Source: the human T2T-CHM13v2.0 reference genome, Homo sapiens. Taken from it: a stretch of DNA of 64,000 bases. The stretch lies in NCBI RefSeq assembly GCF_009914755.1, contig NC_060925.1; one strand, 5' to 3'. Positions within the stretch are counted from its first letter, which is position 1. Each line of letters starts with the position of its first letter. A model generated the notes under the pieces. It saw nothing but the letters and a program-made list of their open reading frames with translations, did no database searches and was not told the origin of the DNA. Position numbers and translations under genes: made by a program. Below, piece by piece: positions 14,700 to 27,560 of the stretch.

Positions 14700-17600
14700 T
14701 TAGATTTTATTTGATGATGATTCCATTCGATTCCATTTGATGATGATTCCATGCGATTCCATTAGATGATGACTCCTTTCATTTCCATTCAATGAGGATT
14801 CCATTCGGTTCCATTTGATGATGATTCCTTTGAATTCCATTTGATGACAATTCCATTCTATACCAATTGATGATGGTTATTTGTGATTCCATTTGATGAT
14901 GATTACATTCGATTCCATTTGATCATGATTCCATTCGATTCCACTCTATGATTCCATTCCATTCCATTCAATGATGATTTCATTCGAGTTCATTGACTAT
15001 TCCATTCCATTCCATTCGATGATTCCTTTCGAGTCCATTCGATGATTCCATTCGATTGCATTGGGTAATTCCATTCGATTGCATTTGATAATTCCATTCG
15101 ATTCCATTTGAGGATAATTCCATTTGAGTCCTTTTGGTGATTGTTCCATTCGATTCTATTCGGTGATTTCATTCGATTCCATTTGATAATGATTCCATTC
15201 GAGACCATTCGATGATTCCACTCAATTCCATTCAATAATGACTCCATTCGAGTCCATTTAATGATTCCATTCAAGTCCATTCGATGATTCCATCTGATTC
15301 CATTCAATGAATCCATTCGATTCCATTCTATGATGATTCCATTCATTTCCATCTGATGATGATTCCATTCGATTGCATTCAATGATTCCATTCGATTCCA
15401 TTAGATGATGATTTCAATCAATTTCATTCCATGATTCCATTCGAATCCATTCGATGATGAGTCCATCCATTTCAATTTCATGATAATTCCATTCGTTTCA
15501 ATTCGATGGTGTTTCCATTCGATTCCATTCGATGTTGATTCCATTAGTTTCCATTGGATGATGATTCCGTTCGAGTCCATTCGATGATGATCACATTGGA
15601 TTTTATTCCATAATTCTATTCGATTCCATTTGGTGATGATAACATCTGATTCCATTTGATGATTCCATTCGATTCCATTCGATGATGATTCCATTCGTTT
15701 CCATCCGATGATGATTCCATTTGATGCCGTTCAATGTTTATTCCATTCGAGTCCATTCGACGATTCCATTCGATTCCATTTGATGATGATTGCATTTGAG
15801 TCCATTGATTATTCCATTCTATTTCATAAGATGATGCCTTTCGAGTCCATTCGATGATTCTCTTCGATTCCATTCGATAATTCCGTTTGATTCCGTTTGA
15901 TGTTGATTCCATTCGAGTCCATTCGATGATAATTCCATTCGATTATATGCGATGATTCCATTCCATTCCATTTGAAGATGATTCCATTCGAGACCATTCG
16001 TTGATTGCATTCAATTCATTCGATGACGATTCCATTCAATTCCGTTCAATGATTCCATTAGATTCCATTCGATGATGATTCCATTCGATTCCATTTGATG
16101 ATGATTCCATGCGATTCCATTAGATGATGACTCCTTTCATTTCCATTCAATGAGGATTCCATTCGGTTCCATTTGATGATGATTCCTTTGAATTCCATTT
16201 GATGACAATTCCATTCAATACCAATTGATGATGGTTATTTGTGATTCCATTTGGTGATGATTACATTCGATTCCATTTGATCATGATTCCATTCGATTCC
16301 ACTCGATGATTCCATTTAATTCCATTCAATGATGATTTCATTCCAGTTCATTGACTATTCCATTCCATTCCATTTGATAATTCCTTTCGAGTCCATTCGA
16401 TGATTCCATTCGATTGCATTTGGTAATTCCATTCGATTGCATTTGATAATTACATTCGATTCCATTTGAGGATAATTCCATTTGAGTCCTTTCGGTGATT
16501 GTTCCATTCGATTCTATTCGGTGATTCCATTAGATTCCATTCGATGATGATTCCATTTGATTCCATTTGATGATGATTCCATGCGATTCCATTAGATGAT
16601 GACTCCTTTCATTTCCATTCGATGATGATTCCATTCGTTTCCATTCGACGATGATTCCATTCGATTCCGTTCAATGATTATTCCATTCGAGTCCATTCGA
16701 TGATTTCATTCGATTCTATTCGATGATGATTGCATTCGGGTCCATGGATTATTCCATTCCATTCCATTAGATGATTCCATTCGTGGCCATTCGTAGATTC
16801 TCTTCGATTCCATTCGATAATACCGTTTGATTCCGTTTGATGTTGATTCCATTCGAGTCCATTCAATGATAATTCCATTCGATTCTATGCGATGATTCCA
16901 TTCCTTTGCATTTGAAGATGATTCCATTCGAGACCATTCGATGATTGCATTCAATTCATTCGATGACGATTCCATTCAATTCCGTTCAATGATTCCATTA
17001 GATTCCATTCGATGATGATTCCATTCGATTCCATTTGATGATGATTCCATGCGATTTCATTAGATGATGACTCCTTTCATTTCCATTCGATGATGACTCC
17101 ATTCCTTTCCATTTGACGATGATTCCATTCGACTCCGTTCAATGATTATTCCATTCGAGTCCATTCGATGATTCCATTCGATTCTATTCGATGATGATTG
17201 CATTCGGGTCCATGGATTATTCCATTCCATTCCATTAGATGATTCCATTCGTGGCCATTCGAAGATTCTCTTCGATTCCATTCGATAATACCGTTTGATT
17301 CCGTTTGATGTTGATTCCATTCGAGTCCATTCAATGATAATTCCATTCGATTCTATGCGATGATTCCATTCCTTTCCATTTGAAGATGATTCCATTCGAG
17401 ACCATTCGATGATTGCATTCATTTCATTCGATGACGATTCCATTCAATTCCATTCAATGATTTCATTAGATTTCATTTGATGATGATTCCATGCGATTCC
17501 ATTAGATGATGACTCCTTTCATTTCCATTCGATGATTATTCCATTCGCTTCCATTCGACGATGATTCCATTCGATTCCGTTCAATGATTATTCCATTCGA

Positions 17601-20600
17601 GTCCATTCGATGATTCCATTCGATTCTATTCGATGATGATTGCATTCGGGTCCATGGATTATTCCATTCCATTCCATTAGATGATTCCATTCGTGGCCTT
17701 TCGAAGATTCTCTTCGATTCCATTCGATAATACCCTTTGATTCCGTTTGATGTTGATTCCATTCGAGTCCATTCAATGATAATTCCATTCGATTCTATGC
17801 GATGATTCCATTCCTTTCCATTTGAAGATGATTGCATTCGAGACCATTCGATGATTGCGTTCAATTCATTCGATGACGATTCCATTCAATTCCATTCAAT
17901 GATTTCATTAGATTTCATTTGATGATGATTCCATTCGATTCCATTTGATGATGATTCCATGCGATTCAATTAGATGATGATTCCTTTCATTTCCATTCGA
18001 TGATTATTCCATTCGTTTCCATTCGACGATGATTCCATTCGATTCCGTTCAATGATTATTCCATTCGAGGCAATTCGATGATTCCATTCGATTCTATTCG
18101 ATGATGATTGCATTCGGGTCCTTGGATTATTCCATTGCATTCCATTAGATGATTCCATTCATGGCCATACGAAGATTCTCTTCGATTCCATTCGATAATA
18201 CCGTTTGATTCCGTTTGATGTTGATTCTATTCGAGTCCATTCAATGATAATTCCATTCGATTCTATGCGATGATTCCATTCCTTTCCATTTAAAGATGAT
18301 TCCATTCGAGACCATTCGATGATTGCATTCAATTCATTCGATGACGATTCCATTGAATTCCATTCCATGATTTCATTAGATTTTATTTGATGATGATTCC
18401 ATTCGATTCCATTTGATGATGATTCCATGCGATTCCATTAGATGATGACTCCATTCATTTCCATTCAATGAGGATTCCATTCGGTTCCATTTGATGATGA
18501 TTCCTTTGAATTCCATTTGATGACAATTCCATTCAATACCAATTGATGATGGTTATTTGTGATTCCATTTGATGATGATTACATTCGATTCCATTTGATC
18601 ATGATTCCATTCGATTCCACTCGATGATTCCATTCGATTCCATTCAATGATGATTTCATTCGAGTTCATTGACTATTCCATTCCATTCCATTCGATGATT
18701 CCTTTCGAGTCCATTCGATGATTCCATTCGATTGCATTCGGTAATTCCATTCGATTGCATTTGATAATTCCATTCGATTCCATTTGAGGATAATTCCATT
18801 TGAGTCCTTTCGGTGATTGTTCCATTCGATTCTATTCGGTGATTTCATTCGATTCCATTTGATAATGATTCCATTCGAGACCATTCGATGATTCCACTCA
18901 ATTCCATTCAATAATGACTCCATTCGAGTCCATTTAATGATTCCATTCAAGTCCATTCGATGATTCCATCTGATTCCATTCAATGAATCCATTCGATTCC
19001 ATTCTATGATGATTCCATTCATTTCCATCTGATGATGATTCCATTCGATTGCATTCAATGATTCCATTCGATTCCATTAGATGATTATTTCAATCAATTT
19101 CATTCGATGATTCCATTCGAATCCATTCGATGATGAGTCCATCCATTTCAATTTCATGATAATTCCATTCGTTTCAATTCGATGGTGTTTCCATTCGATT
19201 CCATTCGATGTTGATTCCATTAGTTTCCATTGGATGATGATTCCGTTCGAGTCCATTCGATGATGATCACATTGGATTTTATTCCATAATTCTATTCGAT
19301 TCCATTTGGTGATGATAACATCTGATTCCATTTGATGATTCCATTCGATTCCATTCGATGATGATTCCATTCGTTTCCATCCGATGATGATTCCATTTGA
19401 TGCCGTTCAATGTTTATTCCATTCGAGTCCATTCGACGATTCCATTCGATTCCATTTGATGATGATTGCATTTGAGTCCATTGATTATTCCATTCTATTT
19501 CATAAGATGATGCCTTTCGAGTCCATTCGATGATTCTCTTCGATTCCATTCGATAATTCCGTTTGATTCCGTTTGATGTTGATTCCATTCGAGTCCATTC
19601 GATGATAATTCCATTCGATTATATGCGATGATTCCATTCCATTCCATTTGAAGATGATTCCATTCGAGACCATTCGATGATTGCATTCAATTCATTCGAT
19701 GACGATTCCATTCAATTCCGTTCAATGATTCCATTAGATTCCATTCGATGATGATTCCATTCGATTCCATTTGATGATGATTCCATGCGATTCCATTAGA
19801 TGATGACTCCTTTCATTTCCATTCAATGAGGATTCCATTCGGTTCCATTTGATGATGATTCCTTTGAATTCCATTTGATGACAATTCCATTCAATACCAA
19901 TTGATGATGGTTATTTGTGATTCCATTTGGTGATGATTACATTCGATTCCATTTGATCATGATTCCATTCGATTCCACTCGATGATTCCATTTAATTCCA
20001 TTCAATGATGATTTCATTCGAGTTCATTGACTATTCCATTCCATTCCATTCGATGATTCCTTTCGAGTCCATTCGATGATTCCATTCGATTGCATTTGGT
20101 AATTCCATTCGATTGCATTTGATAATTACATTCGATTCCATTTGAGGATAATTCCATTTGAGTCCTTTCGGTGATTGTTCCATTCGATTCTATTCGGTGA
20201 TTCCATTAGATTCCATTCGATGATGATTCCATTCGATTCCATTTGATGATGATTCCATGCGATTCCATTAGATGATGACTCCTTTCATTTCCATTCGATG
20301 ATGATTCCATTCGTTTCCATTCGACGATGATTCCATTCGATTCCGTTCAATGATTATTCCATTCGAGTCCATTCGATGATTTCATTCGATTCTATTCGAT
20401 GATGATTGCATTCGGGTCCATGGATTATTCCATTCCATTCCATTAGATGATTCCATTCGTGGCCATTCGAAGATTCTCTTCGATTCCATTCGATAATACC
20501 GTTTGATTCCGTTTGATGTTGATTCCATTCGAGTCCATTCAATGATAATTCCATTCGATTCTATGCGATGATTCCATTCCTTTGCATTTGAAGATGATTC

Positions 20601-22100
20601 CATTCGAGACCATTCGATGATTGCATTCAATTCATTCGATGACGATTCCATTCAATTCCGTTCAATGATTCCATTAGATTCCATTCGATGATGATTCCAT
20701 TCGATTCCATTTGATGATGATTCCATGCGATTTCATTAGATGATGACTCCTTTCATTTCCATTCGATGATGACTCCATTCCTTTCCATTTGACGATGATT
20801 CCATTCGACTCCGTTCAATGATTATTCCATTCGAGTCCATTCGATGATTCCATTCGATTCTATTCGATGATGATTGCATTCGGGTCCATGGATTATTCCA
20901 TTCCATTCCATTAGATGATTCCATTCGTGGCCATTCGAAGATTCTCTTCGATTCCATTCGATAATACCGTTTGATTCCGTTTGATGTTGATTCCATTCGA
21001 GTCCATTCAATGATAATTCCATTCGATTCTATGCGATGATTCCATTCCTTTCCATTTGAAGATGATTCCATTCGAGACCATTCGATGATTGCATTCAATT
21101 CATTCGATGACGATTCCATTCAATTCCATTCAATGATTTCATTAGATTTCATTTGATGATGATTCCATTCGATTCCATTTGATGATGATTCCATGCGATT
21201 CCATTAGATGATGACTCCTTTCATTTCCATTCGATGATGATTCCATTCGTTTCCATTCGACGATGATTCCATTCGATTCCGTTCAATGATTATTCCATTC
21301 GAGTCCATTCGATGATTCCATTCGATTCTATTCGATGATGATTGCATTCGGGTCCATGGATTATTCCATTCCATTCCATTAGATGATTCCATTCGTGGCC
21401 ATTCGAAGATTCTCTTCGATTCCATTCGATAATACCGTTTGATTCCGTTTGATGTTGATTCCATTCGAGTCCATTCAATGATAATTCCATTCGATTCTAT
21501 GCGATGATTCCATTCCTTTCCATTTGAAGATGATTGCATTCGAGACCATTCGATGATTGCGTTGAATTCATTCGATGACGATTCCATTCAATTCCATTCA
21601 TTGATTTCATTAGATTTCATTTGATGATGATTCCATTCGATTCCATTTGATGATGATTCCATGCGATTCCATTAGATGATGACTCCTTTCATTTCCATTC
21701 GATGATTATTCCATTCGTTTCCATTCGACGATGATTCCATTCGATTCCGTTCAATGATTATTCCATTCGGGGCAATTCGATGATTCCATTCGATTCTATT
21801 CGATGATGATTGCATTCGGGTCCATGGATTATTCCATTGCATTCCATTAGATGATTCCATTCATGGCCATTCGAAGATTCTCTTCGATTCCATTCGATAA
21901 TACCGTTTGATTCCGTTTGATGTTGATTCTATTCGAGTCCATTCAATGATAATTCCATTCGATTCTATGCGATGATTCCATTCCTTTCCATTTAAAGATG
22001 ATTCCATTCGAGACCATTCGATGATTGCATTCAATTCATTCGATGAGGATTCCATTCAATTCCATTCAATGATTTCATTAGATTTTATTTGATGATGATT
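14700..22100 (+). repeat. Tandem duplication of a ~3.68-3.70-kb composite unit
   Basis: ORF offsets 14990/18666, 15401/19077, 16678/20354 and 17060/20736 are 3676. Offsets 17502/21204 and 17970/21672 are 3702 (26-bp indel). Shared private variants include GATAACATCT at 15641/19317. Confidence 0.88.
16592..18437 (+). repeat. Four tandem copies of a 468-bp sub-monomer (one copy 442 bp)
   Basis: TTAGATGATGA(C/T)TCC landmark at 16592, 17060, 17502, 17970 and 18438 (spacings 468, 442, 468, 468). Confidence 0.9.
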
Positions 22101-22139
22101 CCATTCGATTCCATTTGATGATGATTCCATGCGATTCCA
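20268..22139 (+). repeat. Four tandem copies of the 468-bp sub-monomer
   Basis: Same landmark at 20268, 20736, 21204, 21672 and 22140 (all 468 apart). Confidence 0.9.
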
Positions 22140-24749
22140 TTAGATGATGACTCCATTCATTTCCATTCAATGAGGATTCCATCCGGTTCCATTTGATGAT
22201 GATTCCTTTGAATTCCGTTTGATGACAATTCCATTCAATACCAATTGATGATGGTTATTTTTGATTCCATTTGATGATGATTACATTCGATTCCATTTGA
22301 TCATGATTCCATTCGATTCCACTCGGTGATTCCATTCGATTCCATTCAATGATGATTTCATTCGAGTTCATTGACTCTTCCATTCCATTCCATTCGATGA
22401 TTCCTTTCGAGTCCATTCGATGATTCTATTCTATTGCATTCGGTAATTACATTCGATTGCATTTGATAATTCCATTCGATTCCATTTGAGGATAATTCCA
22501 TTTGAGTCCTTTCGGTGATTGTTCCATTCGATTCTATTCGGTGATTTCATTCGATTCCATTTGATAATGATTCCATTCGAGACCATTCGATGATTCCACT
22601 CAATTCCATTCAATAATGACTCCATTCGAGTCCATTTAATGATTCCATTCAAGTCCATTCGATGATTCCATCTGATTCCATTCAATGAATCCATTCGATT
22701 CCATTCTATGATGATTCCATTCATTTCCATCTGATGATGATTCCATTCGATTGCATTCAATGATTCCATTCGATTCCATTTGATGATGATTTCAATCAAT
22801 TTCATTCGATGATTCCATTCGAATCCATTCGATGATGAGTCCATCCATTTCAATTTCATGATAATTCCATTCGTTTCAATTCGATGGTGTTTCCATTCGA
22901 TTCCATTCGATGTTGATTCTATTAGTTTCCATTGGATGATGATTCCGTGCGAGTCCATTCGATCATGATCACATTGGATTTTATTCCATAATTCTATTCG
23001 ATTCCATTTGGTGATGATTCCATCTGATTCCATTTGATCATTCCATTCGATTCCATTCGATGATGATTGCATTCATTTCCATCCGATGATGATTAAATTC
23101 GATGCCGTTCAATGTTTATTCAATTCGAGTCCATTCGATGATTCCATTCGATTCCATTTGATGATGATTGCATTGGAGTCCATTGATTATTCCATTCTAT
23201 TTCATAAGATGATTCTCTTCGATTCCATTCGATAATTCCGTTTGATTCCGTTTGATGTTGATTCCATTCGAGTCCATTCGATGATTCCATTCGATTCCAT
23301 TCGATGATGATTGCATTCGAGTCCATGGATTCTTCCATTCCATTCCATTAGATGATTCCATTCGAATCCGTTCGATGATTCTCTTCGATTCCATTCGATA
23401 ATTCCGTTTGATTCCGTTTGATGTTGATTCCATTCGAGTCCATTCGATGATAATTCCATTCGGTTCTGTGCGATGATTCCACACTATTCCATTTGAAGAT
23501 GATTCCATTCGAGACCATTCGATGATTGCATTCAATTCATTCGATGACGATTCCATTCAATTCCTTTTAATGATTCCATTAGATTCCATTCGATGATGAT
23601 TCCATTCGATTCCATTTGATGATGATTCCATGCGATTCCATTAGATGATGACTCCTTTCATTTCCATTCGATGATGATTCCATTCGTTTCCATTCGACGA
23701 TGATTCCATTCGATTCCGTTCAATGATTATTCCATTCGTGTCCATTCGATGATTCCATTCGATTCTATTCGATGATGATTGCATTCGGGTCCATGGATTA
23801 TTCCATTCCATTCCATTAGATGATTCCATTCGTGGCCATTCGAAGATTCTCTTCGATTCCATTCGATAATACCGTTTGATTCCGTTTGATGTTGATTCCA
23901 TTCGAGTCCATTCAATGATAATTCCATTCGATTCTATGCGATGATTCCATTCCTTTCCATTTGAAGATGATTCCATTCGAGACCATTTGATGATTGCATT
24001 CAATTCATTCGATGACGATTCCATTCAATTCCATTCAATGATTTCATTAGATTTCATTTGATGATGATTCCATTCGATTCCATTTGATGATGATTCCATG
24101 TGATTCCATTAGATGATGACTCCATTCATTTCCATTCAATGAGGATTCCATTCGGTTCCATTTGATGATGATTCCTTTGAATTCCATTTGATGACAATTC
24201 CATTCAATACCAATTGATGATGGTTATTTGTGATTCCATTTGATGATGATTACATTCCATTCCATTTGATCATGATTCCATTCGATTCCACTCGATGATT
24301 CCATTCGATTCCATTCAATGATGATTTCATTCGAGTTCATTGACTATTCCATTCCATTCCATTCGATGATTCCTTTCGAGTCCATTCGATGATTCTATTC
24401 GATTGCATTCGGTAATTCCATTCGATTACATTTGATAATTCCATTCGATTCCATTTGAGGATAATTCCATTTGAGTCCTTTCGGTGATTGTTCCATTCGA
24501 TTCTATTCGGTGATTTCATTCGATTCCATTTGATAATGATTCCATTCGAGACCATTCGATGATTCCACTCAATTCCATTCAAAAATGACTCCATTCGAGT
24601 CCATTTAATGATTCCATTCAAGTCCATTCGATGATTCCATCTGATTCCATTCAATGAATCCATTCGATTCCATTCTATGATGATTCCATTCATTTCCATC
24701 TGATCATGATTCCATTCGATTGCATTCAATGATTCCATTCGATTCCATT

Positions 24750-27560
24750 TGATGATGATTTCAATCAATTTCATTCGATGATTCCATTCGAATCCATTCG
24801 ATGATGAGTCCATCCATTTCAATTTCATGATAATTCCATTCGTTTCAATTCGATGGTGTTTCCATTCGATTCCATTCGATGTTGATTCCATTAGTTTCCA
24901 TTGGATGATGATTCTGTTCGAGTCCATTCCATGATGATCACATTGGATTTCATTCCATAATTCTATTCGATTCCATTTGATGATGATTCCATCTGATTCC
25001 ATTTGATGATCCCATTCGATTCCATTCGATGATGATTCCATTCGTTTCCATCCGATGATGATTCCATTCGATTCCGTTCAATGATTATTCCATTCGAGTC
25101 CATTCGATGATTCCATTCGATTCCATTCGATGATGATTGCATTCGAGTCCATGGATTCTTCCATTCCATTCCATTAGATGATTCCATTCGAATCCGTTCG
25201 ATGATTCTCTTCGATTCCATTCGATAATTCCGTTTGATTCCGTTTGATGTTGATTCCATTCGAGTCCATTCGATGATAATTCCATTCGATTCTATGCGAT
25301 GATTCCATTCCATTTCATTTGGAGATGGTTCCATTCGAGACCATTCGTTGATTGCATTCAATTCATTCGATGATGATTCCATTGAATTCCGTTCAATGAT
25401 TCCATTAGATTCCATTTGATGATGATTCCATTCGATTCCATTTGATGATGATTCCATGCGATTCCATTAGATGATGACTCCTTTCATTTCCATTCAATGA
25501 GGATTCCATTCGGTTCCATTTGATGATGATTCCTTTGAATTCCGTTTGATGACAATTCCATTCAATACCAATTGATCATGGTTATTTTTGATTCCATTTG
25601 ATGATGATTAGTTTCGATTCCATTTGATCATGATTCCATTCGATTCCACTCGATGATTCCATTAAATGATGATTCCATTGGAGTTCATTGACTATTCCAT
25701 TCCATTTCAATCGATGATTCCTTTCAAGTCCATTCGATGATGCTATTCGATTGCATTCGATTATTCCATTCGATTGCATTCGATAATTCCATTCGATTCC
25801 ATTTGAGGATAATTCCATTTGAGTCCATTCGAAGATTGTTCCATTCGATTCTATTCGGTGATTCCATTCGATTCCATTTGATAATGATTCCATTCGAGAC
25901 CATTCGATGATTCCATTCAATTCCATTCAATAATGATTCCATTCGAGTCCATTCAATGATTCCATTCAAGTATATTCGATGATTCCATCTGATTCCATTC
26001 AATGAATCCATTCGATTCCATTCTATGATGATTCCATTCATTTCCATCTGATGATAATTCCATTCGATTCCATTCAATGATTCCATTCGAATCCATTTGA
26101 TGATGATTTCAATCAATTTCATTCGATGATTCCATTCGAATCCATTCGATGATGAGTCCATCCATTTCAATTTCATGATAATTCCATTCGTTTCAATTCG
26201 ATGGTGTTTCCATTCGATTCCATTCGATGTTGATTCCATTAGTTTCCATTGGATGATGATTCTGTTCGAGTCCATTCCATGATGATCACATTGGATTTCA
26301 TTCCATAATTCTATTCGATTCCATTTGATGATGATTCCATCTGATTCCATTTGATGATCCCATTCGATTCCATTCGATGATGATTCCATTCGTTTCCATC
26401 CGATGATGATTCCATTCGATTCCGTTCAATGATTATTCCATTCGAGTCCATTCGATGATTCCATTCGATTCCATTCGATGATGATTGCATTCGAGTCCAT
26501 GGATTCTTCCATTCCATTCCATTAGATGATTCCATTCGAATCCGTTCGATGATTCTCTTCGATTCCATTCGATAATTCCGTTTGATTCCGTTTGATGTTG
26601 ATTCCATTCGAGTCCATTCGATGATAATTCCATTCGATTCTATGCGATGATTCCATTCCATTTCATTTGGAGATGGTTCCATTCGAGACCATTCGTTGAT
26701 TGCATTCAATTCATTCGATGATGATTCCATTGAATTCCGTTCAATGATTCCATTAGATTCCATTTGATGATGATTCCATTCGATTCCATTTGATGATGAT
26801 TCCATGCGATTCCATTAGATGATGACTCCTTTCATTTCCATTCAATGAGGATTCCATTCGGTTCCATTTGATGATGATTCCTTTGAATTCCGTTTGATGA
26901 CAATTCCATTCAATACCAATTGATCATGGTTATTTTTGATTCCATTTGATGATGATTAGTTTCGATTCCATTTGATCATGATTCCATTCGATTCCACTCG
27001 ATGATTCCATTAAATGATGATTCCATTGGAGTTCATTGACTATTCCATTCCATTTCAATCGATGATTCCTTTCAAGTCCATTCGATGATGCTATTCGATT
27101 GCATTCGATTATTCCATTCGATTGCATTCGATAATTCCATTCGATTCCATTTGAGGATAATTCCATTTGAGTCCATTCGAAGATTGTTCCATTCGATTCT
27201 ATTCGGTGATTCCATTCGATTCCATTTGATAATGATTCCATTCGAGACCATTCGATGATTCCATTCAATTCCATTCAATAATGATTCCATTCGAGTCCAT
27301 TCAATGATTCCATTCAAGTATATTCGATGATTCCATCTGATTCCATTCAATGAATCCATTCGATTCCATTCTATGATGATTCCATTCATTTCCATCTGAT
27401 GATAATTCCATTCGATTCCATTCAATGATTCCATTCGAATCCATTTGATGATGATTTCAATCAATTTCATTCGATGATTCCATTCGAATCCATTCGATGA
27501 TGAGTCCATCCATTTCAATTTCATGATAATTCCATTCGTTTCAATTCGATGGTGTTTCCA
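24750..27560 (+). repeat. Tandem duplication of a 1348-bp short ('S') monomer
   Basis: Identical ORF translations at 24963/26311 and 25582/26930 (offset 1348). Shared variants CAAGTATATTCG, GATTAGTTTCG and CCATTAAATG. Repeated again at ~54800-57610. Confidence 0.9.

Larger units (their letters stand above)
13201..24750 (+). repeat. Variant HSat2 block with distinct diagnostic substitutions and rearranged monomers
   Basis: Markers absent from the first block: CGTGGCCATTCGAAGATTCTC, GATAATACCG, CGGGTCCATGGATTATT, GAGTCCTTTCGGTG, TTTGAAGATG. The 1381-bp phase is lost. Boundaries approximate. Confidence 0.85.
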
